This document shows positions 39,264 through 48,190 of a stretch of DNA of 64,000 nt, piece by piece. Location: assembly GCA_018653365.1 (NCBI GenBank), contig JABIAG010000001.1:640001-704000 (forward strand), given 5' to 3'. Both the position numbers and the translations under genes were made by a program. Source of the stretch: Candidatus Woesearchaeota archaeon. GTDB lineage: Archaea > Nanobdellota > Nanobdellia > Woesearchaeales > JABIAG01. The notes beneath the pieces are model-generated. The model worked only from the letters and a program-made list of their open reading frames with translations. It ran no database searches and was not told the DNA's origin. The number at the start of each line of letters is the position of its first letter. Position 1 is the first letter of the stretch.

Positions 39264-40436
39264 TTAAAAACCCGCTTCAAAGTTAATTTTAACACCTTTC
39301 ACATTACGTTTAAGCTTTCCCGCAGAATCCAAACGCAAAAATCCCTGAGATTTAAGTTTACTAACATACGAACTGATTGTGGCTATGGATTTTTTTAGTT
39401 CCCTTGAAACTTCACTGATTGTCTTTGTTCCATCAGCAAGAAGCAGAATATCCAGCGAAATTTTACTTTTAAGAAGGCTACCTACTTGATTTGCTTCTTC
39501 AGGTTTAGAAATTGACATAACAGACTCATCAAACTCGTTACTATTTTTTAAATAGGTTTCTTTATGTTTTAACAAATACGTGAATACCAATTCAGAAAGT
39601 TTTTCGACCACGTCCTCTTTGGACTTCAACTTACTCCAATCCTTCTTTCCATCAAAATAATTAAGGAGTTTAAAATAATCTTCAAGAGGATTACCTGCAT
39701 GCATTAAAATATCTCTTATTTCTTCAAGATCCATATTCCATTCAGGAACACGCTCATCAAAAACAACATAAGGTACGGGCGCCATCAACAAAAAACAAGG
39801 TTTGGTTTTAATTAATCCCTCTTCCATCATCTTTTTTCTAGTTGCCACATACAACTTCTTTTTATAATAATCAGAGAACACCAAATCAATAGTTTCGATA
39901 TCATCCTCAGGACACAACTTATTAAAATAAGTTGAAAAAAACAAATCAATAGAAATTTGAAAGATGTGAGAACATTTTCTAAACTCACTAAAATCGCCAA
40001 CAGGCAAACGCGCAAGAATAGAAAAGAATTCTTGAAACAAATTATCCTCTTTGTATAAAACCAAACGTTTCCAAAGATCAGATGCCTTATACAAAAAAAA
40101 CTCATCTTCCTTAAAACCAACAGATCTTGCAATCCCCTTAATCTCATGAAGATTGTTCTCAATAAATTCGTCTTTATCCTTAACAATATTAGCACAATAC
40201 TTCTTAAAATAAGGATTCGCTAAAGCATTCATATCCCACATCAAAAGATATAACCTACAATCCAAATCTTTCAGAAACTTATACAATTCCTCAAGCATAG
40301 CAATAACATCGTAATTTGGAGTTACATAAGTGAAAGAACACAATACATTAATTTTAGAGCCTTTCTTCAAAACAGAAACCTTTTGCTTAAAATCTTCCAG
40401 GTCTTCATCAAATATTTTTGTTGGAACTCCAAACAT
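39264..40436 (-). CDS. Degenerate TyrRS-fold domain fused to a C-terminal winged HTH (putative regulator)
   Basis: LYLLMWDMNALAN, SVGF...FLYKASDL, IDLVFSDYYKKKLYVATRK and MDLEEIRDIL align by eye with archaeal TyrRS blocks; no HIGH or KMSKS; C-terminus KTISEVSRELKKSIATISSYVSKLKSQGFL. Confidence 0.7.
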   Translation of the reverse strand: MFGVPTKIFDEDLEDFKQKVSVLKKGSKINVLCSFTYVTPNYDVIAMLEELYKFLKDLDCRLYLLMWDMNALANPYFKKYCANIVKDKDEFIENNLHEIKGIARSVGFKEDEFFLYKASDLWKRLVLYKEDNLFQEFFSILARLPVGDFSEFRKCSHIFQISIDLFFSTYFNKLCPEDDIETIDLVFSDYYKKKLYVATRKKMMEEGLIKTKPCFLLMAPVPYVVFDERVPEWNMDLEEIRDILMHAGNPLEDYFKLLNYFDGKKDWSKLKSKEDVVEKLSELVFTYLLKHKETYLKNSNEFDESVMSISKPEEANQVGSLLKSKISLDILLLADGTKTISEVSRELKKSIATISSYVSKLKSQGFLRLDSAGKLKRNVKGVKINFEAGF

Positions 40437-40459
40437 TCAAGAGAGTAACTTAATACTAC

Positions 40460-40507
40460 TTAAATAGTTTTCTATAATTGGTTAAACAAATTACTAAAAC
40501 GTTTAAG
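40460..40507 (-). promoter_or_regulatory. Promoter plus 26-bp putative operator upstream of the TyrRS-like regulator
   Basis: ttaaatagttttct (40460-40473) and ttaaacaaattactaaaacgtttaag (40482-40507), a TTAAAC-N13-GTTTAA inverted repeat. Confidence 0.5.
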
Positions 40508-40546
40508 TAAGGTTATAATTCAAACAAGGGTTATTCTGAAAAAGAT

Positions 40547-41137
40547 TTAACTATTCTTAATTACGTCAATAAGTTCAGGGAAAGTTTCTACTTTGAAATG
40601 ACCGTTTTTGTCTTTTAAAACATGAATTGTTGCGTTAGGTAAACGTTCTTTATACTTTTCTATTTGATCAGGAGGAACAATTGGGTCATCTTCAGAAAAG
40701 AAGAAAATAGGGTTTAATGCGTTAAGTTTAGAGAGAGCTTCACTTAGTTCAAAACCATTACACAACTCTTCATCAGGCAATGAATCATCAAAAGGTGCAC
40801 CGACCAAAATAAGAGCTTTAATCTTTTTAGGAAAGATGTTTTCTGACAGGTATCTTGTTAAGAATATAGAACCTAATGAGTTGCCGATGATGATAAGGTT
40901 ATCTTCTAATAAAGGGATGAAGCGTTCAAAGTAAATCTTCCATTCGTTGTAGTGTGCATTAAAATCATTTGGAAACTGAGGTTTAATAATTTTATAGTCA
41001 GGTAGTTGAGCTTTAAGATATTCTCCACTCCAACTTATTCTTTCATCAATATCAACATCTAATGTTTTCAACCAATCTAAGTATCTCTCATTAGAACTAA
41101 AGGTCATACCTCCGTGAACAAAAAATATTTGATTCAT
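40547..41137 (-). CDS. Alpha/beta hydrolase (RBBP9/YdeN-like)
   Basis: FVHGG, GNSLG nucleophile elbow, SEDDPIVP, GHF. Confidence 0.85.
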   Translation of the reverse strand: MNQIFFVHGGMTFSSNERYLDWLKTLDVDIDERISWSGEYLKAQLPDYKIIKPQFPNDFNAHYNEWKIYFERFIPLLEDNLIIIGNSLGSIFLTRYLSENIFPKKIKALILVGAPFDDSLPDEELCNGFELSEALSKLNALNPIFFFSEDDPIVPPDQIEKYKERLPNATIHVLKDKNGHFKVETFPELIDVIKNS

Positions 41138-41176
41138 GATGTTATCAATAGTGAGAGTTTAATAAAGTTTTATAAT

Positions 41177-41515
41177 TTAGTTGAATCCCCTTGGAACGTG
41201 AGGAGCAGGTCCACAATACCCTGGCGTCAAAATCAAATCAGGTTTAGCCATGCCCGTTTCCCGCATCATTAAATCGCCACTAGTTAATCTTGCTGAAAGC
41301 GATACATCAGGAGTTGGAGGAGCACACTGCCAAAGAGGTTTAGGTTCAGGAGGCATACAACTCAAAAGTGTAGATACAGAAGATGCCCGAGAAGTAAGTC
41401 CAAAATCAAGAGTTTCTCTAATACGCGCATCACGATCCATACCTGCCTGCATCTGCTCCACCCGTTCCATTATTGTTAAAATTGGCATTCCATTAACATC
41501 ATATTGTCTCATCAT
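41177..41515 (-). CDS. Hypothetical protein
   Basis: 112 aa ORF with GGAGG RBS. Confidence 0.55.
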   Translation of the reverse strand: MMRQYDVNGMPILTIMERVEQMQAGMDRDARIRETLDFGLTSRASSVSTLLSCMPPEPKPLWQCAPPTPDVSLSARLTSGDLMMRETGMAKPDLILTPGYCGPAPHVPRGFN

Positions 41516-41604
41516 TTTAATTTTCCTCCAATATTAATAGGGAAACTTTAAATAGCATAATAACTTAATGTAATTATAATAACACAATTTGTTTAAAATG
41601 TAAA

Positions 41605-42252
41605 ATGGTATCAATAGCACACCTAGTAAAACAATGGCTAAAAGAAAGAGCATTCATAGATGAATACCTAAAAGAAGGATTGATCAACTATGGAGCACTA
41701 GCAGAAAAAATACAACCCGAAATAGAAGCAGACCTAGGAAAAGTCAAACTTCTAACCATAGCAATGGCACTAAGAAGATATGCAGAAACTTCTAAAAAAG
41801 AAAAAGTGTCTACACCCTCATTCAAAAACTTTGAACTATCCATGAAAGGCAACTTATGTGATGTTTGCGTTTACAAATCACCACACCTATTCAAAAAACT
41901 TGAAGAAATCTATAAATTAGTAGATTATAACAAAGGAGACACACTAAACATAATACACGGAAACCACGACGTATCAATACTAATAAACGAAAAGTTTGAA
42001 ACAAAACTAAAAAACATACTAAAAGGAGAAAAAATACTACACGCAGAAGAAAATCTAGTAGCACTAACAGTAAAGTTTGGAGAAAGCGTACTCTACACAC
42101 CAGGCGTAGACTTCGAACTTATCAAACAACTAGTAATAGAAAACGTAAACCTAATAGAAATAGTATCCTCAATGATAGAACTAAGTTTTATCATAAATAA
42201 AAAAGACGCATCCAAAGGATATAGGGCATTGCAAGAGTTTATTGAAAAGTAA
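41605..42252 (+). CDS. ACT-domain regulator-like protein (paralog 1)
   Basis: L.EGLINYGALA..I N-terminus; C-terminal ACT-like TPGV...L...NVNLIEIVS. Confidence 0.75.
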   Translation: MVSIAHLVKQWLKERAFIDEYLKEGLINYGALAEKIQPEIEADLGKVKLLTIAMALRRYAETSKKEKVSTPSFKNFELSMKGNLCDVCVYKSPHLFKKLEEIYKLVDYNKGDTLNIIHGNHDVSILINEKFETKLKNILKGEKILHAEENLVALTVKFGESVLYTPGVDFELIKQLVIENVNLIEIVSSMIELSFIINKKDASKGYRALQEFIEK

Positions 42253-42255
42253 CGT

Positions 42256-43410
42256 TTAAAGCAATTCAGTCTTTAAGATATCTTTAGAAGGAATTGATGC
42301 TTTAAGCTTCAATTCCCACATGCCATCAGGCTTGTTAATATCTAAACTTTCTTTTTTTGCTTGAACTAATGCTTCATCCAACCCAACCCTGTTTGTAATC
42401 ACTGTCTGATTAACCAAACTCAAAAAAACATCAAAATCACCCATGCACTGTTTGAATTTACGCGGAAGCGCCCTATAAATCGGTTTGCTTCGAGGATTCA
42501 AATATAATAAAACAGGTTTATGATCTTTCATTTTTTGCTTAACAACCTTAATGAAATACTGTAACCTTTGCTTATCTCTCAAACTCGCAACCTTGTCCGA
42601 TCCGTCTTCTTGAATCTTTTCAGCAATCCTAAGAGGAAACTCCAATCGTTCAGGTCCTCTCCGAGCAAATCCCTCTGCGGCCTCCTTTTCATGCGTAATA
42701 CAAATTTCTATCATATCAGACGTTCTTTTTGAATCAGCAATTCTTTCATAAAACCTCAAAAGCGAACTCTCAATAAATTGGATATTGGGTTTAAGCCCAT
42801 CCCGTTTTATGTTATCCAAACCTGCAGAAGAGGTACCATGATAAAATATAATGTTACTAATTTCTTTTTCCCAAAAATCCTTAATCTTACCCAACCTTTC
42901 TTTTTCAAAGTTTTCAAGTTGTGAAAAGAAAGAACGCCCCCGTTGAAGCAGTTTATTTCTGAAGTAACTCGAAACGACCCGCAACCCAGAAACGTTTTCA
43001 GATTCTAACTCATTTGCTATTCCAAAAACATCAGAAGACTCTGCAAACTCTTTTTGTTTTGTAATACTCCCACTTATAACAATTAATGCGGCATTAAGGT
43101 CTTCTAGATCCTTACGAAAATCATAAGTCACTTGACTCCACAAACGTGTACCAAGATCCGTGCACAATTTTTCTAAATCTAGTAATAACACTTCTTGTTT
43201 GTCTATCAAAGGAAACTCTGCTTCCTCTTTACCCACAAGCTTCAACAATCTTGTTTTGGACTTATTTACTCTTTTCCCTTTACGAATTTTAGCAATTAGG
43301 CTTTCTTTTTGTTTATAAGAACCCTCAAGAATTACAACCGTTTGAAACGTGGAAGTTATCTCAGTTAATAATACTGATTCTTCCACAACTTTTTTCTTAA
43401 AAAACAACAT
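42256..43410 (-). CDS. Hypothetical protein with possible ADP-ribosyltransferase-fold domain
   Basis: IFYHGTSSAGLDNIKRDGLKP...ICITHEKEAAEGFA...PVLLYL...WEL....IP..DI. Confidence 0.55.
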   Translation of the reverse strand: MLFFKKKVVEESVLLTEITSTFQTVVILEGSYKQKESLIAKIRKGKRVNKSKTRLLKLVGKEEAEFPLIDKQEVLLLDLEKLCTDLGTRLWSQVTYDFRKDLEDLNAALIVISGSITKQKEFAESSDVFGIANELESENVSGLRVVSSYFRNKLLQRGRSFFSQLENFEKERLGKIKDFWEKEISNIIFYHGTSSAGLDNIKRDGLKPNIQFIESSLLRFYERIADSKRTSDMIEICITHEKEAAEGFARRGPERLEFPLRIAEKIQEDGSDKVASLRDKQRLQYFIKVVKQKMKDHKPVLLYLNPRSKPIYRALPRKFKQCMGDFDVFLSLVNQTVITNRVGLDEALVQAKKESLDINKPDGMWELKLKASIPSKDILKTELL

Positions 43411-43442
43411 AAGAACATTTCTTTAGTTTAAATATATTAATG

Positions 43443-44630
43443 TTACTTTTTTTCAGCCAACATACCCATGTCTTTTCTTAACCTATTCATTTTCCTAATA
43501 CCTTTTCCCAAATGAAAAACGGCATTTGTACGTGAAGTTATTGCAATTAAAGGAGTTATTCCATGTTTCATACACACAGATTCATATTCTCTTAACAAAG
43601 TCACATGATTTAACTTTGCCATTGTCTTTATTGGCATTCTTTCAAACTTAAAAATTGTTGCAGGAATCGCAGGAGCAACCTTATAAGTTAAAGGAATTAA
43701 CGCGTTTTTGTCACCAATAATCTTAGAAACAAGAGTGTCAAATGAACCCCTTGCACATAACACAAGTTCAGCCAGGTCCGATTTTCTAAATGGAACAGGA
43801 CTCTTCTTGTAAACTCTTTTAAGAGATCCAAATTCTAACGCTGTTAAAATAAACTCAAAAGATGCCTTCATTTCAGAAATGTGCTTCTCCCCAACTTGAA
43901 TCATTTCATCACATGACCTCGCTTCAATAACAAACTTTTCTATAAAAAGTGCCATACCCTCCCAACAAATACGCAATTTAACTTCTTCAACCAACTTCCT
44001 AACGTTTATATATGCTTGTAAAACATATTTTTGCAACGTTTCTAAATCTTTCACCTTCTTTCTTTCTAAATGTTTAAGGCCTGCCAACTCTCTTTTCTCT
44101 CCCCCAGAAATCCTTTCCAACCTTGCAATGTTTTTTTTTCTTATCTGTTTGGAATTACTCATATGATAATGGCGTAAATGAACCAATTCATGAATTAAAC
44201 AGGCCAACAAAGTTTTTCTAAAATTATCTTTCGCTCTCTCTCTAATATTTTCAGGCTGCTCTGAATGAGACTGAAGTAATTCTAAACTAAAAACGTCCTC
44301 AATATTTAAATAAATTACATCCTTGCTTTTATCAAGATCATCTATAACAACCTTACCAAGTTCAAGAGATGAATTGTGAAGTTTTTCTTTTACTTTTTCT
44401 CGAGACACCTTTTTTTCAACTTTAAACACTATGTCAACATCATTAAACACGAACCCAATCCGTTTTGTCTTTAAAACAACACTCATAATCTCATTAAGAA
44501 GTCTGCCATCAATTAATGAAAACACCAAGCCTCGTTTATAATTGGCCCAAAAACGAACAGTACAATTATCATACTGCATTTCATTAAGTAAGCTATAACG
44601 CAATCTTTGAATTAAACTCAGATTAGTCAT
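43443..44630 (-). CDS. Hypothetical protein with gluzincin-like HExxH...E motif
   Basis: LIHELVH and downstream WEGMALF. Confidence 0.6.
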   Translation of the reverse strand: MTNLSLIQRLRYSLLNEMQYDNCTVRFWANYKRGLVFSLIDGRLLNEIMSVVLKTKRIGFVFNDVDIVFKVEKKVSREKVKEKLHNSSLELGKVVIDDLDKSKDVIYLNIEDVFSLELLQSHSEQPENIRERAKDNFRKTLLACLIHELVHLRHYHMSNSKQIRKKNIARLERISGGEKRELAGLKHLERKKVKDLETLQKYVLQAYINVRKLVEEVKLRICWEGMALFIEKFVIEARSCDEMIQVGEKHISEMKASFEFILTALEFGSLKRVYKKSPVPFRKSDLAELVLCARGSFDTLVSKIIGDKNALIPLTYKVAPAIPATIFKFERMPIKTMAKLNHVTLLREYESVCMKHGITPLIAITSRTNAVFHLGKGIRKMNRLRKDMGMLAEKK

Positions 44631-44704
44631 ACAAATACAATTATGTTTATGTATATAAACATTATCTAATTAGAAAGGAATATTATTCTTAGACTAAAAC
44701 TCAC

Positions 44705-45097
44705 TTACTTAGTATGTCTATAACAGTAATCCTTGGATCTGCCCTCTAAGGTGATCTCTTCACACAATTCCGGATTGTGAGTAGTCACTGCAATCCCTGC
44801 CAAACAAGAGTTTTTTCTGGTTTCGTTAAGATTAGTTTTACAAAGATTAACATCTTCTAAATTTATTGCAACCTTAAAAATACATGATTCTTTAGCATTA
44901 AGATCAACCAAAGCAGCACTTACCAAACCGACTTCACTAAAAACAATCAGGTTACCACAATCATCAAACAAGGGTTCACGATTTTGACCAACATAACCAG
45001 AATCACTAACAGACATACCTCTTTGAAAATCTTGATTGGCTGCAGCACGAAGACTTTGATGTGCACCAGCTAATGCCTGTCTCTCTTCATAATTCAT
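44705..45097 (-). CDS. Hypothetical protein with Cys-containing helical repeats
   Basis: KESCIFKVA....DVNLC / KNSCLAGIA....NPELC / KDYCY repeats. Confidence 0.55.
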   Translation of the reverse strand: MNYEERQALAGAHQSLRAAANQDFQRGMSVSDSGYVGQNREPLFDDCGNLIVFSEVGLVSAALVDLNAKESCIFKVAINLEDVNLCKTNLNETRKNSCLAGIAVTTHNPELCEEITLEGRSKDYCYRHTK

Positions 45098-45148
45098 ACG
45101 CTTGCTAATGTAAACAATTATTTAAAGCTTTATTATTTAAATAAGAAC

Positions 45149-45862
45149 TTATTCTAAACTTAGTAATTTATCCTTTTCTAAAACTTCTTCATGATATTGA
45201 TTATCTTTCCAATAACACTTGTAAGCGTTAGCTTCAGGTTTAGAAGAAATAATTTTGTATTGGTTGTTTTCTTTTACTAAAGCAGCACACTCATCTAATG
45301 CTATGCCAATTGAACCATTTCTTAACAATTCCTTAAATGGTTGCGCTCTTTTCTCAGTATCATAATGAGGACAGTTTGTGAATGGAATAAAGTTTAACCC
45401 TTCAACATCGCACCACTCATCTTTTCCTTCCATAATTAACGAATCAGACAACCCATCTTTAAACCAACAGATAGAACCCGCACTCAAACCAGAAAGAACA
45501 ATATCATCCTTTAATGCATCCTTTAACAAATGGTCAACACATCTTTCTTTCCACAATTTCATCATCTTCTTAGTATTGCCCCCACCAACATAAATAATAT
45601 CAGCTGCAAGAATTGCATCTCTAATCTCTTCATCAGAAGGATTCTTAGTCAAGTACAAAACATCAGTTTGACAACCCAACCCACTAAAATAACCTTTTAC
45701 AACATCATAATAAGATTCAGAATCTCCACTAGCAGTAGGTAAAAATAATAACAAAGGATTGGGTTTGTTTGTGAGTTTGATTATTTCTTTATCTATACTT
45801 TCTGTTTCAATCTCGGTTCCTGGCCTTCCTATTTCGCCACCACCAATTGCTACAATCTTCAT
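45149..45862 (-). CDS. Peptidase E (S51) family protein
   Basis: AIGGG, FLPTAS, IYVGGGNT, GLSAG, CPHY. Confidence 0.9.
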   Translation of the reverse strand: MKIVAIGGGEIGRPGTEIETESIDKEIIKLTNKPNPLLLFLPTASGDSESYYDVVKGYFSGLGCQTDVLYLTKNPSDEEIRDAILAADIIYVGGGNTKKMMKLWKERCVDHLLKDALKDDIVLSGLSAGSICWFKDGLSDSLIMEGKDEWCDVEGLNFIPFTNCPHYDTEKRAQPFKELLRNGSIGIALDECAALVKENNQYKIISSKPEANAYKCYWKDNQYHEEVLEKDKLLSLE

Positions 45863-45956
45863 AACAGTTACGAAGAAGAACGATTTAATAAATGTGTTGC
45901 TTTTAGACGATAAATTCAGGAATCTTTATAAAAGTAGCTCCATTAATATTTATAAA

Positions 45957-47324
45957 ATGAAACGAGTGGCTTTGGTTTATCTGCCTTACTCGGATATTAT
46001 TTTTGGGTCTGAGAAAAGCACGAAAGGAATAACCCCTCCACTCGGATTGCTCTACCTACAATCTTATAACAAAGACTTTGCTAACATAAAAGTTTTTGAC
46101 GGCGAAATTTACGATTCTATAACCGGCCTAATTAACGCAATTAAAATATTTAATCCAGAAATCATAGGCGTTACCTTGCTTACCTCAACGTTTCCGCGTG
46201 CAAAAGAATTCATTTCCCAATTTGATAAACGAATAACACGAATTGCAGGAGGACCATATGCCACCGCACGCCCAACAGAAGTTCTACAACACTTTGACAT
46301 AGCTGCGTCTGGAGAGGCCGAACAAACCCTCAGAGAAATAATTCAAAACAAGCCATTAAGAGATATAAAAGGGATCTATTACAAAGAAAACAACAAAATA
46401 AAGAAAACAGAAAAAAGAGAACCAATAACCAATCTCGATCATCTTCCTCAAATTATCTGGGAAGACGTAGACCTATCCAAATATCAACAATCCTATGAAA
46501 GAGGAAACTTCTCAAACGTAGGGGCAATAATGACCTCCAGAGGATGCGGATTTAACTGTGACTACTGTTGTAGTGAATCAATGTATGGAAGTAACGTAAG
46601 ATTTAGATCAAATACAAACATAATTGAAGAGTTAGAAACACTAAAAAAAAACCACAATGTAAAGTTCATAGAATTTTGGGACGACACATTTACTTTAGGC
46701 TATAAGAAAAGAACCGAACTGTTTACTTATTTGAGAAAAAAAGGCATTCATTTCAGTTGTAATGCTCGCGCAGACACTGTTGATGAAGAGTGCATAAAAA
46801 TATTAACTAAAGCTGGATGCAAAAACATATTTTTTGGCATAGAATCAGCAAACCCAAACACATTAAAAGACCTTGGACGGAGCATGGATCAGAATAAAAT
46901 AACCAATGCATTCAAACTTGCAAAAAAATATGGACTTAAGACAATAGGGAGTTTTATGTTTGGAGCCCCAAATGAAAACCTAGCAAGTGTACACCAAACA
47001 ATTGCACTAGCAAAAAAACTTAATCCAGACAGAGTACTGTTTAACATTGTAACTGCCCATCCCGGAACTAAACTATACAAAAGATGTGTTGAAGAAAAAA
47101 TAATTCCCAGGTACAAAGTAGATCCACAGAAATACGCAAAAGAACCAATAGGGGTTCCTTCGTCCTGCAAAAATATTAATCGAGAGAAACTCCAAAGACT
47201 AAAGTTCCAAGCTTACAAAGAATATTATGTTAGGCCTAAATTCATAATTTCACAATTACTTAAATGTAGAAGTATAACCGAGATAAAAACATTAATTGAT
47301 TTAACAAAAACATATAAAAAATGA
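45957..47324 (+). CDS. Cobalamin-dependent radical SAM enzyme (class B methyltransferase-like)
   Basis: PPLGLLYL, AGGPYAT, GEAE, TSRGCGFNCDYC, WDDTF, FGIES; start moved to ATG 45957. Confidence 0.9.
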   Translation: MKRVALVYLPYSDIIFGSEKSTKGITPPLGLLYLQSYNKDFANIKVFDGEIYDSITGLINAIKIFNPEIIGVTLLTSTFPRAKEFISQFDKRITRIAGGPYATARPTEVLQHFDIAASGEAEQTLREIIQNKPLRDIKGIYYKENNKIKKTEKREPITNLDHLPQIIWEDVDLSKYQQSYERGNFSNVGAIMTSRGCGFNCDYCCSESMYGSNVRFRSNTNIIEELETLKKNHNVKFIEFWDDTFTLGYKKRTELFTYLRKKGIHFSCNARADTVDEECIKILTKAGCKNIFFGIESANPNTLKDLGRSMDQNKITNAFKLAKKYGLKTIGSFMFGAPNENLASVHQTIALAKKLNPDRVLFNIVTAHPGTKLYKRCVEEKIIPRYKVDPQKYAKEPIGVPSSCKNINREKLQRLKFQAYKEYYVRPKFIISQLLKCRSITEIKTLIDLTKTYKK

Positions 47325-48190
47325 CTACAAAAAGCTTTGCATACAATGCTAAAACACACGTGTTTAGTTTTGACCCTGCAACAGAAGGATTCTTTAACCT
47401 AGCTATGCAAATAACAAAAAGATGTGGGCTCAATTGTTTACCCTGTTGTGAATCTGACCCCACAAGCGAACTACAAACTCCAGAATTGGTTACAGTCGTA
47501 AAAAGATTAGAAGAACACGCAGTTAGAAGAGTGTGCTTAACCGGAGGAGAACCAACAATAAGAAAAGATTTTGTTCAAATAGTCAATGAATTATATAATG
47601 CGGGCATAATTGTTACACTGGCATCAAACTGTTACCAAATAATTCCCTCAATCCCAGAAATTCAGGGAAAGGTTGCAAACATTCGAGCAACACTGTTTGG
47701 CACAAAAACAACTCATGACAACATTACAAAACAACCAGGAAGTTACAGAAAACTCCAAAACGCGGTATCTCAATTATTAGAAGCAGAAATTCCAGTTTAT
47801 GCTTGTATGACCTTAATGCAGTCAAATTTACAAGAACTAGAACAGGTCTGGCAAACCTGCCAAGAGTGGGGGATTGAAAAACTACTTACTTTTTCCTTAA
47901 TGAACAAAGGAAGAGGGAAAACAATATTTGAAAGAGAGAGGGTCACAGATGCTGAGGTTCAGAGACAATTAAAAACAGTGACTGGCAATATATACTGGAC
48001 AAATTTTATGCGTGAAGGACAGTGTGCAATGATCCAACCAGATGGCAACCTAATTGCTACTCCCTGTTATTCAGAACCAACAGGAGTGAAAGTTGTGGGT
48101 AGTGTTTTGAAAGAACCACTTTTGGCCCTATGGCAAAAATATCCTTACAAAAAGAACTATTTAGCGTATTACGGAGAAAAAACAGAATGA
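47321..48190 (+). CDS. Radical SAM enzyme
   Basis: QITKRCGLNCLPC, LTGGEP, HD.IT...GSY, KGRG, IQPDG; ATGA-coupled at both ends. Confidence 0.88.
   Translation: MTTKSFAYNAKTHVFSFDPATEGFFNLAMQITKRCGLNCLPCCESDPTSELQTPELVTVVKRLEEHAVRRVCLTGGEPTIRKDFVQIVNELYNAGIIVTLASNCYQIIPSIPEIQGKVANIRATLFGTKTTHDNITKQPGSYRKLQNAVSQLLEAEIPVYACMTLMQSNLQELEQVWQTCQEWGIEKLLTFSLMNKGRGKTIFERERVTDAEVQRQLKTVTGNIYWTNFMREGQCAMIQPDGNLIATPCYSEPTGVKVVGSVLKEPLLALWQKYPYKKNYLAYYGEKTE

Noticed and set aside
45759-45956. N-terminal extension of the B12 radical SAM ORF
   Set aside because: It overlaps the divergent peptidase E gene; ATG 45957 follows a TATA-like box and starts the domain.
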